Assembly: GCF_006345805.1 (NCBI RefSeq)
Contig: NC_042997.1
Location: 2,604,001 to 2,668,000 of the forward strand
Length of the DNA stretch: 64,000 bases
Direction of reading: 5' to 3'
Source: Octopus sinensis
Taxonomy: Eukaryota
Under the pieces are notes generated by a model that did no database searches, was not told the origin of the DNA, and saw only the letters and a list, made by a program, of their open reading frames with translations. This document shows positions 25,301 to 39,887 of the stretch, one piece after another. A program made the position numbers and the translations under genes. Within the stretch, counting starts at the first letter, position 1; each line of letters starts with the position of its first letter.

Positions 25301-27979
25301 TGGCCACCTCCGTCCCCCTCTTTCTCACTTCTTTTTGCTCCCTCAATCATTTCGTCGCCCGTAGAAAATTACTCGGATAATGCTGCCTGGAACCCATGGA
25401 GATAGTTGAGAACCTATTTCTGGAGAACGGCGGTTCACAGCAGTCTAGGGAGATGTTCTCAATTTTATAATTATATTGTTGAAGACATTATTTATATTCG
25501 CTGAACAATTCGAGTATACTTTGAATATTTTATTGACAAATATCTTCTATTATGTAGGGACGCGAAAACCATACCAGTATACTTTATTTCAGCAATTAAG
25601 TTTCAGTTTCCATTAAATTGTTGTAGGCGAATAATGGACTTCGCAGTTAACATGTATTCTTTTGATATAGAATATTAATACACTTCTAAAATATGGATTC
25701 CTACAGTATGGGCCTCGTTTTCAAAATAATTTTTAAAACACTAACATTTGAATATTTCTACTGGACTTGACGCATTACGTTCACATGCCCAAAATGTTTC
25801 CCATCATTCAAGAAAACAGTGACAACGCAACCCCGAGAAACAGAACATTTTAAGATATATTTTCATCAAACTGTGATACGTTATTGTCTGAGGAGTCATT
25901 GGTTGCGAGTCACAGAAGCCGCTAACACACAGTAATACAATATACAAAAACAAACGTAGTAGTTAATTATTTTTTCAATGAATATTATCGCTTTCTATTT
26001 GACTTACAAGCACAAACTTCATACACTCGTACATATCATTGATAAATTGTTTTATTACTATATAATTACAATTTAAAGGTATAGAATTTAACATAGAGAT
26101 CAATTCTAGTGAAGAAAATTAATAGGAATTGACTACTAGCAATTACACAAGTAATAACACTTCTAAGCATTTCAGAAGTGCGACTGTTTTCCAAACGAAT
26201 CAATAATCTGCAGCAGAATTTCCTTCTGGAATGTTAGCAAAATAGTGTGGCAATTAGTTACTAATAATATAATAACTCACCCAATGCACAGATATCGTTT
26301 CAATGATGTTTTATGTTTTACTTCAAAGATTCGGAATATTTAAAAATCACGTAAAAATAATCATCAATACTAACATTGTGACTGTGACATATATTAATTT
26401 ACTGCCATATATAATATATACATACATTCATAAACACACATTAAAACATCTATTCTCTAATACTTTTATTACTCTCTCACTTTGGAGACTGTATGAACAG
26501 AATTTTTAGACAGTTTAAAACTACTGGATATGAAACTATAAAGGTGAAACAGAATTCGAAATATACGGTTTAATTAGAGCAACTATGTTGCTCTAATCTA
26601 TATACACTGAAATGATTATACACATACAAGCAAATGTATATGTACTTCTATGTGCATGCGTATGCATATATATATATATGGGAGGAGTGTCTGTGTATGT
26701 TTGCCTATGATAATATATATGCATAGTTACATGCATACAGCCATCCCAAAATGCCTCCATTCATCAATCTATCCATATATACTCTTGAAACTCAGGGTAC
26801 CAAGAAAGTTGAATCAAACTATTTGTTCTATACATGTGTTGAGTGCCCTTCTTCCGTTTGTCTACTGACTCGTGTATATATATATATAATTGAGGTTCAG
26901 TTGAATTAGGTACTTACGTTTAAGTCACAAATCAGTCCGGTATTATCCGCACTGCTCGAATTAAAGTGAATAAAGTCTAATTAAGCAATAGGATATCAAG
27001 TAGTGATGCAGTACGACCGTTTCAGCGGATATATTTAATAGAACAATGCAATAATTACACCAATTAAATGCAGCGCCATCATCGATTTGTCTGAGGCAGG
27101 ATACCACCATTAAATTACTTTACCTAATCCAGAATGTATAACACCCACTAATATTAGAAATAATGAGATTTTAAGTGAGAGGGAGAATACAGGCTTACTT
27201 GGTCGGGAAAACAGACTTACTATGAAAGAATCCAAAAAAACACATCATTTTAAATAAAAAGATAAGTAACAACTGGAAATTAGATGCTTTAACCAGTAGG
27301 AATATTCGTTTATATAAAAAAAATTAGATAGGCGATTGAGCGGATTATTCCACCCTCTAATGATAAGAAAAATACTGATAGTATAGCCATACCTAATAAT
27401 CAAGTCGCAACATTGGAAAGCGTTGAAAGAGCAGGTAGATTCCGTCCTTACATACGTATGAGGTTTGAAAATATAGATTTCTTCCGGTACAACGTTCCGC
27501 CTTTAGAAAAAAAAAACAACTTCCCTGCTTCCCATAGATATAGTAGAATATTTTTCCGTAAGACATTTAGAATCTCGCATTCTTCTCTCCCCAATACGTC
27601 TGTGAGAGATGGTTATATTATATCCATATAATAAACGTATACATATATGTGTAGGTATGCATGTGTGCACGTATATAAATATGCGTGTATCTATAAACAT
27701 CGTTATTTTTTTCTATTTCGTGGCTTATAATTAATATACAGATAGCATGATTATCTTCCTAATATTCCATAAGTAAATGTCCTGAGACGTCTTTATAGAA
27801 ACCACCTAAAATGTAATTAATTAATTGCATGAATAAATATTAAACTTATTCTATGTAATCTTTACTTTTTAATCTCTATAATTGATATACACACACATTT
27901 TACTTATTTCGGCTATGATATCATTTTTGAAAATCTTAAACTTTATTCTTATACAACAGGAGTGGATGTGTGGTATGTA

Positions 27980-28331
27980 GGTGCAGAAGTGGCTGTGGAG
28001 TAAGTAGCTTGCTTACCAACCACATGGTTCCGGGTTCAGTCTTACTGCGTGGCTCCTTCGGCAAGTGTCTTCTACTATAGCTTCGTGCCAACCAAAGACT
28101 TGTGAGTGGATTTGGTGGACGGAAACTCAAAAAACCCGTCGTATATATGTATATACTGACAAACGATGCTGGTATATTTACGTCTCCGTAATTTTGCGGA
28201 TCGGCAAGAGACCGATAGAATAAGTATTAGTCTTACAATGAATAAGTCCTGGGGTCGATATACTCGACTAAAGGCGGTGCTCCAGCATGGCCGCAGTCAA
28301 ATGACTAAATCAAGTAAAAGAGTAAAAGAGT
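27980..28331 (+). mobile_element. Full-length CORE-like tRNA-derived SINE (octopus OR-type)
   Basis: tRNA-like head (GTGGCTGTGGAGTAAG...GGTTCCGGGTTCAGTC), CORE-like CTTCGGCAAGTGTCTTCTACTATAGC, and tail AAGGCGGTGCTCCAGCATGGCCGCAG...(GTAAAAGA)2. The family name is from recall and was not searched. Confidence 0.85.
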
Positions 28332-28958
28332 ATACCGATAATGTTTTAATACAATCTCTCATTACGCTCCAAGATGAAATTTCCTCTGTATTAACATCCT
28401 AGGTTTTATTAGCGTCTTGTCGCTTTAACTGGTAATTATCATCATGATTTAGTGTCTTCCCGTACCCATCCTCCTTTTATAGACTGCTACTCTATATCCA
28501 ATGGACTACTACTAATGTCTTCTTCCTTACCTAAGGAAAAGGGATACGTATAACAATATTTATTACCATACCTAACTATGAGCTGTCAACTCACTCTTGC
28601 CATTTATTCTAAACAGACACGGTCCTATAGTCTTCGAATAAGTAGTTGATAAAGAGATAAATGAATTAGAAATGAACCACAATTCTTTACAAGCTATGAC
28701 CCCAATGGGCTTCACATGATTCTTTGAAATGTAGTCTATTCTTAGCTACAATAGCGATTACATGAATTTCTTTCATCTTCATGCTCTGTTTGAGAAAAAT
28801 GATATTAAGTGTCCAACTGTTAAAATACTATTTATTTATTCGTGCAACTGAAGATGACTCTGCCTTGAAATTGATGTAATGATTGCATTGTTCAGTTAAA
28901 TGGAGCCACTTCATACGGTTGTACTGCATCACTACTTCACATATTTTTGCTTATTTTG

Positions 28959-29043
<85 letters not shown>

Positions 29044-29833
29044 GGCCAGATAAACAGATAGATACATGATGATTGGCTTTCATCATTTGTTTTGTATTGG
29101 ATACAGCGTTATTCGAGGGCAATTTTTCGATTATTTGAAACAAATATGCTGTGAAAAGTTCGTTGAAAAGTTAAGGTATAGAATATATATACCATTTGCC
29201 ATTTTTTCTAAAGCTTTGTATGAAGTGGGTGGAATAAATACATACCTCATACTTAATTTAGTAACAAAAATGTTCTCATCATTTTGCGGTTTGTTCCAAA
29301 TTACACATGTACTTATCATTGTACACTCACATTAGGCATACCAGGTCTATAACAAACATGCCGTGATAAATAGACCTGTTTTGAAATAATTCACTTAGGA
29401 TTATTCTTAGCCGCAAACTAAGCGTTACAAATAAACGACAAAGTGTGTGCTGCACTGTAAAAATTAAAAACAATTAAATCAAATTTATTGCTGATAATAT
29501 CTGATTTTATGTATTTATTTTTCCATTGTTGAGAAAAAAACCTAGCGGTAACTGTTCCTGGAATCATCTGAGATAATTATTTGTTTAGTTAAAACCTGAT
29601 TAAATATATTGCAAACGTAAGGCATTTGTCTTATTTACTAATCCTCTGAGTAAATTTGATTAGTTGCTCTTTCGTATAATATATCAAATTACTGTTCAAG
29701 AAACTCAGAGAATCATAAAGTACGACCACAGAGAAAAGCGCAACAAAAGTGAGAGTAAGAGAAATATATTTTTCCAGTGATTATGTATGTTTTCCCAACC
29801 ACATTTATATACAGATGCATTATATACAGATGC

Positions 29834-29885
<52 letters not shown>

Positions 29886-29888
<3 letters not shown>

Positions 29889-30051
29889 AAATATTATTAG
29901 AGACAAAACCACTATTTTGCAAAACAAACAAGGAAAGACTTAATCAATACATAAATTTTAATAAATAGTCAAAATTAAAATTTTATGTATTGATTAAGTC
30001 TTTCCTTGTTTGTTTTGCAAAATAGTGGTTTTGTCTCTAATAATATTTTAT
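29886..30051. repeat. Perfect 70-bp inverted repeat (hairpin/cruciform)
   Basis: 29886-29955 is the exact reverse complement of 29982-30051; the 26-nt spacer can pair a further 7 bp. Confidence 0.95.
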
Positions 30052-30133
30052 AATATTTTACTATAAAATCGATTTAATCCTAAATCTGATTTTTTTCCCT
30101 GTAAATTTGGATTTATTCCCTAATATTTATTAT

Positions 30134-30170
<37 letters not shown>

Positions 30171-30204
30171 TTTGTGTATGTGTGTATGTATATATATATA
30201 TACT

Positions 30205-30475
30205 TAACGTTCATTCAAATAGCTCTTTTGTCTTAAAAACGGTCAAACACACAGTAGCTTCCCTTCGTATAAAGGTAATTTTTCATACCATTTTTTCCGA
30301 TGGCCGGGTAACTGAAGTGATGGCGGCGTGGATTTCCACCTCGGCATCCGAAACTCGGAGTTTTATCATGGCTCCCGAATAACTGTCACATAATACATCT
30401 ACAGATAAATTCCTCTATTTACATAATATCTAGGTCTCTTTTATTCATTTGTTGTCTTACCATTTTTATCAATAT
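30205..30475 (+). mobile_element. PLE terminal-repeat fragment with hammerhead-like motif (30307-30366)
   Basis: GGTAA-CTGAAGT-GATG(gcggc GTGG attt CCAC ctcgg)CATC-C-GAAAC-TCGGAGT-T-TTATC. Confidence 0.65.
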
Positions 30476-30551
30476 ATATAGATATATATATATATAATAC
30501 ATGTATATATATACCTATATATACTTATATATGTGTATATATGTATATTTG

Positions 30552-30595
<44 letters not shown>

Positions 30596-31565
30596 AATGG
30601 GGTGGGAATGAATTTTGAGTAACCGTTAACTTAATTTACTTTGATGTATGAATGACTTATGTTTACTTTTTAACCTCTCCTTTCTTTTAACCCCCAAGTT
30701 GATAAATAATTCGCTTTGTGATCATGACTCCAACAAATCTCACGTGTGCGCATGCTCATATTTTTGTGGAAGCTTCTATGAGCGAGTGTTTATGTTGGTT
30801 TATACTGCCATTACCCTTGACTCCAGTGCTTCTTTGGTTTTACAAGGAATTGTGCTCACCTCACTCTTAGCTGTACCACAGACATAAAATCAAGGGTTTG
30901 TAGCCACGTTTCATGTTTACAGAAATTAGTTTAACTGTGTCACTTTAAAATTTTATATCATGGAACCAGCAGATTTAATAAAGCACAGTTAATATAATGT
31001 CTCGAACTGCAATAATTGACATGCAAAGTACCATTAAATACAAATCTGTGTTAATAAGTGCAGAATATGCTAGACAAATATTAGAAAGCAATTCAAAAAC
31101 TTGACATGGCCATGTTGTAATGCCTCTCATAATTTTTTTTTTTTTACTTGCAACTGATCTTCTGTCGACAACAAACAGAATAAAACATTTACCTCATGAC
31201 TGTGGCAACTGCTTTGAAAACATTGGAAATTATCTTTAGAAATATATGTATTTGATAACTAAAAGCTCATTCTAATACATTCGGTTGCTGAAAATTTATT
31301 CCGATATTCTTATTCAAGAGACGAATATTGAATTTTTAATGTCCACTCCTTTCATATTGTAATGTCGTACTTATTTCTCAAACATAATTTTATATGTTCC
31401 AATTGAATGGTATGCAGATCGATTAGACAAAGTATTATGAAGATGGTATAACTGGGGTAAGATAAGTATATAGCAAATTACAAAATTCGGCTCGATTGCA
31501 CATCTGCAGGCACATATGTTGTGTGTTTCTATATATATTCCACAGACATACCCCACACACATATG

Positions 31566-31596
<31 letters not shown>

Positions 31597-31625
31597 TTAT
31601 ATATATATATTATATATATATATAT

Positions 31626-31740
<115 letters not shown>

Positions 31741-31816
31741 TATATATTATATGCATATATACATGCACACATACGCACATATATTTGTAAATCTATACCT
31801 ATCTATCTATCTATAT

Positions 31817-31852
31817 AAAAATAATAATAATAATAATAAAATAATAATAATA

Positions 31853-31883
<31 letters not shown>

Positions 31884-31884
31884 C
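31817..31884. repeat. (TAA)n microsatellite
   Basis: Directly visible. Confidence 0.95.
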
Positions 31885-31994
31885 ATATATGTGTGTGTGT
31901 GTGTGTGCAGTAATTATAACGACTATGGGGGTTCAAACATCTTCCCAATATATTTCTTATTATTTTACAGTATGTAATATCACATAATTTTAAC

Positions 31995-32405
31995 ATATTC
32001 TTGTATTTTCCAGATGGTAATTTTTTCTTGCTTCGCCAAATAGACACACGCACTATATATTCGTTCTTCACTGGTCTATTACTGTCCACACTCCGGAAAT
32101 CATTCTCTTGTGACCTCCTAAGCGAGATGTTCCGCTTTCGTGTTTGGTCTTGCTCTGCTTATTTATGTAAGCAAAACAAGATCACATACGAAGACGAAAT
32201 GTGTCGCTGAGGAGGTCACAGACATGTGACGAAATATTTCCGGACAATCGACACGAGTTAGAATAATAGCAGTAATAAACAGATGAAGAACTAATATATA
32301 GTGCGTGTGTTTATTTGGCAACAGGAAAGAAATACCGTCCCGAAATACAACAATATCTCACACGATTTCACATCAGGAATCTTGCAACACAACTTCATAA
32401 ACGTT
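31995..32405. mobile_element. Older foldback of the same family as 2230-2541, with shared asymmetric tail
   Basis: The arms 31995-32160 and 32168-32356 are diverged inverted repeats. They share ATATTGTTRTATTTCGG ends, CACACGCACTATATAT and a ~50-bp unpaired 3' extension with the 2.3-kb copy. Confidence 0.8.
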
Positions 32406-33182
32406 TATACATATAACTTTTTTATATATGCGCTTTATCTATCTCTCTCTATATATATACATGCACACATTTATAAGCATACATGTACATATTTAAGCTC
32501 TTATGTATTCTCTTTGTGATTACTGATGTTACGAAAGTTCAGATTTCACAACGCGTAAGGGAAACTGCGCGAAAACATATTTTATTTGCATGGTGATGAC
32601 ATCAAGAGAAAACAATAATCTCTAGTCGATAAGCAAGTATAGCATTTAAATATTATCTATAATGACAAGTATACGTATGGAATATATATACATATATATA
32701 TATATAATATATATATATATACATTATATCATAATTCCGTGTTGCCTTTGTCAATGAATGACGTGAGCTTCAGTAACACTGGAATTTAGCCAAAACTCCA
32801 AGATTAATATGGCTGCAATCACTTTACTCTCCGATTTGCGAAAATTTAAGTTTATTATTCCAAAGTTAATGGTCTGCGAGACTAAATGGTTTACACCCAT
32901 AAAGAAGAGGTAAAAGCATACACTTATATTTTAATATTGATTTAATTACTTAACCTACTCACATTCGCATACACTCGAACAACACACAGGCGCACATATT
33001 CACACACACACACACATATATATATACGTATATACGTTTATGTATACATATATGCGTTCTGTGCTTGTGTTTTGCATGTGTTGTGTGTACGTGCATGTAT
33101 GTGTAAATGTATATATAAATATATATTATATATATGTATGTATCTTTCTCTCTCTCATTCACTCTCTCTCTCTCCCCCTCTC

Positions 33183-33217
<35 letters not shown>

Positions 33218-34524
33218 GTATAGATATATAAGCTATATTCGTTACATAAGTTCTTACGAATATGTTGTATACTTTTCACAAGTAGGTCATTGCAAACAGA
33301 ATATTTCAACTAGTTTTTATCACATGCTTGGTTTTATGTTAAATTTAGTATACCGAATCGCTACAAAATCCTTTCTTTTAAAACATATTTACAAGAAATA
33401 AAATATTGTTTCATTTTTATTTTACATGTAAGTTGTAATACTGCCGTTCGTACAATGTCTATATTTGCTTCAAGGTTCCCTTATTGAATATACAATCTCA
33501 TCTGCAATGACAAATCTATGCATTGTGACGGAAATAAGGTATTGTGTACACTTACTAATCTATTTGTGTACATTTCCATAGTGTATAAGAGCTATATGTA
33601 TCCCAGTTTTGTAGTGAGCCAGACTAAAGCACGATACATATAAATATTATGCCATCCTTAAAATGTAAGTTGTATACGTAACGATACCCACTGTGACATC
33701 ATGCCGTATAAACAACCGGAATTACGACGCGTAGTATAAAAAATATCCTGTGGATGTTTGAATACGTTATAGATCTTTGAGAGAGAGAAAACCAACAAAT
33801 TTTAAACATAATTATAAACCTCCTTTGGTTATTTTCATTACAGTCATATAATTAAATTTCTATTAAATCAATTCCCATATTATTCATTTGAATACATACT
33901 TGCTAACAATTCATTAGTATGCTTAACGATATTAAATTTCAAATTTCATGTAAATCAATGCTCTGTATTCGATTTGTTCATCAGAATATAGTACGCAAAC
34001 TACGCACACACAAACACACACACAGATGCACAGACAGAGAGACATACACGTATACACGCGTACACTATACACACAGAAACGCAAATACGCGCGCGCACTC
34101 ACATATATATACACACAGAAATATCTGTGTGTGTGTGAGTGTAATATGCGTATATGCGCGCGCGCACTTTTGTTGGCGTGTGTGAAAGTATATAGGTATA
34201 TTAATTGATGTAACACGGAGACAACAGCGGTCTATATGAAGTTTGTTATTTAACGTAGACAAAAATATTACTAAATTGTTTACGTTTGAAACTGTCAAAA
34301 AAAACGCTGCCTAGTGCTTTAATCATTAATTCCTTGTTTAATTTATTAACCAGGCTGGCGGAGATTGTGTTAAAAAAGAAAATAACTTAAACAAGTCCTA
34401 TTTTATTGTGAGTTATGGTAAATTATATTTCTCGGATAAAGTCTACAATGAAAACTAGGAAATACATATAACAATCGAATATACTACACAGGGAAAGAGA
34501 ATTAAAAAAGAAAGATGATACCTG

Positions 34525-35090
34525 ACTATGTACTAGGTGCCTTGCTTCCCAACCGCATTTTTCTGGGTTCAGTCCCGGTGCAGAGCACCCAGGGCGAGCG
34601 TTTTCTGGGCCAACTAATCCTTTTAAGTGGATGAAGTAGACAGAAAATGAAAGGGACACTTCGAATATATTCGAAAAACCTATATACATACATACGTGTG
34701 TATGTCTGTGTGTATGTGTGTTTTGTGTTTGAATGCATTGTGTGTGTGTGCCTGTGACTGAAACAATTAAAATATGAAAGATAAATTATGTGTGTACATA
34801 CACACGAACATCATGTTGTTGAACATATGAACTCTTGCCATATAATTCTGAGAAGGACCTAAATATAGCAAAATGGTGTTATGTATGTGTGTGTGTATGT
34901 TTTTGTGCCTGTGTTTGTCGCCACAACATCGCTTGACAACTGATGCTGGTGTGTTTAAGTCCCGGTAACTTAGCGGTTCGGCAAAACAACCGATAGAATA
35001 AGTATTAGGCTTACAAAATAATAAGTCCTGGGGTCGATTTGCTCCAACATGGCCGCAGTCAAATGACTGAAACAAGTTAAAGAGTAAACG
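34525..35090 (+). mobile_element. CORE-like SINE expanded by internal (TG)n-rich tract
   Basis: The head at 34525-34680 and tail at 34905-35090 align to 27980-28331 and are separated by about 220 bp of TG-rich sequence. Confidence 0.8.
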
Positions 35091-35110
35091 AGTAATATAG
35101 CAGATTCGAA

Positions 35111-35324
35111 GGCGGGGAGCTGGCAGAAAGATTAGTACGCCAGGCGAAATACTTAGCGATGTTTCGTTAGACTTTACGTTCTGAGTTCAAATTGCGCCGA
35201 GGCCGACTTTGCCTTTCATCGTTTCGGGGTCGATAAATTAAGTACTAATTGCGTACTGGGGTCGATCTAATCGACTGACTCCCTCCCACAAAATTTCTGG
35301 CCATTTGCCTATAGTAGAAATTAT
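35111..35324 (+). mobile_element. Full-length Meta-like tRNA-derived SINE
   Basis: GGCGGGGAGCTGGCAGAA head, B-box GAGTTCAAATTGC, central CGACTTTGCCTTTCATCGTTTCGGGGTCGATAAATTAAGTAC, and 3' CCTATAGTAGAAATTAT. The domain name is from recall. Confidence 0.85.
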
Positions 35325-37829
35325 GCCTTGGCATTACAAATCCGTTTTGAATATATATTGTTTCTCTGAGAAACGCGAACCATTAAGTATTTTGATTTCA
35401 TTAATAATGATACAATCACTCTCAAGCACTCTTGCATTCCCGCACACACACGTGTATGCTTACACAAACACACACACACATATATATATATATATAAGTA
35501 TGTATGAATGTGTATGTGTGTGTCTGGATGTATGTATGTATGTAACTACTTCCATTTCATTGAAGTCATTGTGTATTGTATGGCAGTAAGTTGAGCAAAA
35601 TCTCAGCTATGCATAGGAATTCAATTAAATAACATCATTCGAACAGAGCGCTTTGAATTTGGTATTATGTGTGTATGTGTGCGTGTGCGACTTTATGTGC
35701 GCTTGAGCATGTATGTATGTGCGTATGCATATATAATCACATACGTTTACGCTTCTACGCGTATGTGCAATATCTTTTTTTTCTTTCTAACAATTTTGTA
35801 CATCTATGATTTAAAATAAAACAAGATGCATAGATTTGTATGTTAAATACAAATTATTTTCCTTATTGTATAATCTGCTGTGTTCCGAGAGTGAGAGCAT
35901 TAGATTCAAAAATAATAGAGGTTTCTAAGATACCAGCTTTCAAAAACATTCAGAACTGATCATTTATAGATTTCTATTTAATGAGAGGCACTAATTTTCA
36001 TGTGATAGCACAAAAAATAACGGAAAACAGCTATATATTTCCATGAATACATTAAAATCATTACCTTAAAATTATGGTTAAAACACCGACTTTAAATTGG
36101 CTATAATAAACCGGTTGTTCTTAAAATGGGATTTAGATATTAGCTGGCTGCAATTTTATAATTCCATGTATTAATATATTTTCCTAGCAGTTACCTTCAT
36201 TTCAAGAAGTTTTATTCATTAGTGACATTAAATAGCACTCTGAGTTTTACTTTATTGAAGGTTTGTGTGATTAGCCGAACATCTGATTAGCTAGGTTAAT
36301 TTTAGTGGTTTTCGCTCACTTTAAATTAATTCGTTTCAGCTTCATTATTTTTATATGCTTGTTTTTGTGAAATATATTTAAAGTTTCTTTTATCAAAATT
36401 GTAACGGTTTGTTTCATCTTTTTGACGTAATTATTTTTGTTGTAGTGACTTGGTTTACTATTTATGCTGTATTTTGATGCATTTTATATTTAAGTTACGT
36501 TTTTCAATTATGTAAAAATAAATGGAGAAATGTCTCGTTTGGAAATACCACTACTAAATATCGGAATGATCAATTTCCCTCTAAAGCAAATAAATAACTT
36601 AAACTAGCATTTAAAGGCTACATCATACCCTTTTTAATTATATGTTACGATGAAATATCACAGTATACGAACGGAATACTGAATTAATCAAACATTATCT
36701 TTTGCAAGACTGTTAATTTGAGATTGAAATTAACATTACGCCAATTATGGTGAACATATCCGTAACGGGTTTGAAATTTATTTGAAATTCGTTCGACTAT
36801 AGGTTGCATTAATCTGCAATCTAATAAAGGAAAATATATCTGGTTTCCAAAAAAGAGTGATGATTAATTGGTAATGTATAAATACAATGCTTCATATAAT
36901 ACTTTTGTATCGAAGACTATATTAATTAAAATATTACACAGTTCTTTTATTTGTTAACCATGAATATTGTATTACGCTATCTGAAGAGTGAAGTTAATTT
37001 GCTTATATGAAATAAAAACAGCCTTTCTATAACTAGACATAAAGAACTTTAATCAAATTTTAGAACCAAAACAACACATGTGGATATCGAAATGTTTTCC
37101 AAAGCTTCAAAACAGTCAAAATACTCGCTGAAGTAAACGCTTATATTGAATAAAACGTTTGATTCACAAAAGAAAAATATGCATGTTTGCATGTATCAAT
37201 TATACTGCATTGCCATTTGAAAATATATTTTTAAACACGAGGATTTCTGTAAGATGACACCTTTACCATGTTCCACACTATGAAATGACTGTATAATAAC
37301 ATACCATTCCTGGTATTATAAAAGCTAGTGCACATCTTTCCCGCGTGAGAATAGATATGTGAAAATATTTGTACGCAGTACTATTAATTTTGGTCTTTAG
37401 AGTGTCATATATCTAAAACTTCTAAAACAAATGGCTTGCGGTAATTAGTTACATTGACATAAGTTGCGTGCCCATCTATCTCAGAGGTTTATATTTAGAA
37501 ATTCATCGATTCAGGTTTGATTAATAATTACCAGTTGTTGTTGCAGCTTAACATAGTTCAATCTTGGCCGATTGGAATTAAAATAAGATGCATTTCATCA
37601 TTAACAGCACATTGATTTACATTGTATGGGCTGCTAAATATCCTTCCTTTTTAACGTCGGTGTTTTGTGATTAGCTGTATGATGTGTCGTATTTCATCTC
37701 TGATGTATATCGATCTCGTAGAATCTTCTGAGGACGAGACAATCAACACTTTTACTTTCTTAAATTCCATGAAAATCTATAATAGATACGAGATCCAAAA
37801 TCAACTGCAAACGTTTTCTGTGGGATAAC

Positions 37830-39049
37830 CTCTTCTTAGTCAGGCCCCCGCCGCTAGAAGCTGCTTGATGCAAACCTCAGGAATTAGTTTGTCAACCGGC
37901 GTTGACCTCTAGAATCATACTGTTACGTGTTGCGTCTTTATTTTGCAGTGTTTCTCCCCTAAACGTCAATTTTTGCGATGACTCAAACGACGTGTACTTT
38001 CCTGAAATTTTGCTATTTTGCTGGAGAAAACAGCGGCCGAAACAGTTGCCATGCTTCAAGAACGCTGAAACGGGTAAACACAAGCTTACGAGTGGTTTTA
38101 ACGCTTTAGGAATAGTCACTTCTCACTCGAAGACTAACCTCGTTCAGGGCCACCGTCGACAACCCGAAGGAAAGAAAACATCACGAAAATTTATGATCTG
38201 AAATTGAAGGACCACCGCTGAACGCTTTATGTATGAATATGTTGATATGGCAGGTGTTGCCAGCAGCTCCTTCCAATTAATTCTGAGAGAGAAATTTCGA
38301 ATGAAAACAGTAGCAGTAAAATTTGTGCCTCGCTTGCTCACAGAACATTAAAAGCAGTCACGACTGAATGCGCGTCGTGAACTGAAGGAACCGTTGGAAG
38401 TTGATCGGGACCTTTATTCAAAACTCATCACTGGTGACGTAAGTGGTGCTACTGCTATGACCCGAAAACGAACCAATAATCAAATCAAAGGGGAATCCAA
38501 TGTAACCACGCCCCCAAAAGCCTGTCGAATGAAGTCCAGTTTCAAGACGACACTGACTAGTTTCATCAGTGTGACAGGAATTGTGCACTCAAAGTTAGTT
38601 CCTCCCAGTCAAACTGTTAACCAGACATTTCACTTGGAAGTTCTGAAGGCGTTGCGAGACGCAAAGTGGAGAATGGTGGTTTCATTGCGATAATGCGCCT
38701 GCAAAAATACTGCCTTCACTGTGAGACAGTTTTTGATATAAAAAATTGCAGGACCCCGCTTAACCACCCTTCGAACTCACCCGATTTTGTTCCTTGCGAC
38801 ATTTTTTATTACCCTGAATGAAAAAATTCCTTAAAAGAAAATGACTTGCAGATATAGAAGAACTGAAGAAAAAGACGACGGTTGTGTTAAAGGAGTTCCA
38901 GGACTGCTTCGAAAAATAGAAAACAAGTCTGGACCGATACATTGCTTCAAATGGAGAATACTTTGGAGGCGATAAGAGTGTAAACATGTAAAGCTGAGCG
39001 GATAAACATATAAAGCCGAGCGGACGATTTTATGGGTACACCCTCAGTA
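37830..39049 (+). mobile_element. Decayed mariner (DD34D) transposon
   Basis: Broken frames give KFVPRLLTEH, KLITGD, WWFHCDNAPA and HPSNSPDFVPCD. The right terminus is TTATGGGTACACCCTCAG-TA; the left TIR is not recognisable. Confidence 0.9.
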
Positions 39050-39887
39050 AGAGACGGCAATCTAAATATTAGATACCAGATTGTTGCGATCAGAAATCAA
39101 TGTACGAAACTTTTCATTGAAAGATAACAATTTGCTGACGTTTATATCTCAAGAAAATCAACGGAGGAACTGAATTCTGTGAGATTACATTTAGGACACT
39201 ATTGATGAGTGAGGATTTCAAGTATATCCGATAGTAGTGTGACATCATCCTTGCTGTGTAAATCTAGTAATTGTTAGATGAAAAAATAGTTTTAAATATG
39301 TAACTGCAAAAGAGGATCTCATGTCAACTATAAGTCGAGTGTAATAAATATCTTGATTTGCTACTATCGATTTCAGCACAAATACGCTACACATATATAT
39401 CACATCAATAAACAAGCTGTCATTGCAAAATATCATATTACAAAATAATATTTACGCTAGATAGTCTATGTATTATTTAGTATCTCACTCCTGAGTTATA
39501 CCGTCGAGAATGTAAGTAGGACAACTATAAGCGATGGAAGTGAAACAGAAGCTTAAACCACAATAGGCTACGAGAAGCGCATAGAAAGAACATCGGATGT
39601 GATGCTCACTGGCATAAAAGTCTAAACCGAGAATCAAATTGAGAATTAATATCATCGAATATGTTGTGAATGTTCTTAAGCAATATTATAGAGACAAGAA
39701 ATATCTAGATTGGTATATGAATACGGCATTTTAAGTTCTGAGTTATTATTCGCCTAAGTTAACTATTCTCTTCATCCTTCTCGAGAATCTAAGTTAATTG
39801 TCATGTAGTGTGGACGATCTTATAACAATTCTGCTTCTCATTGCGTTACTTAGCCCGTCGGTAACGCTTTCACGCGATTATGCCCAC

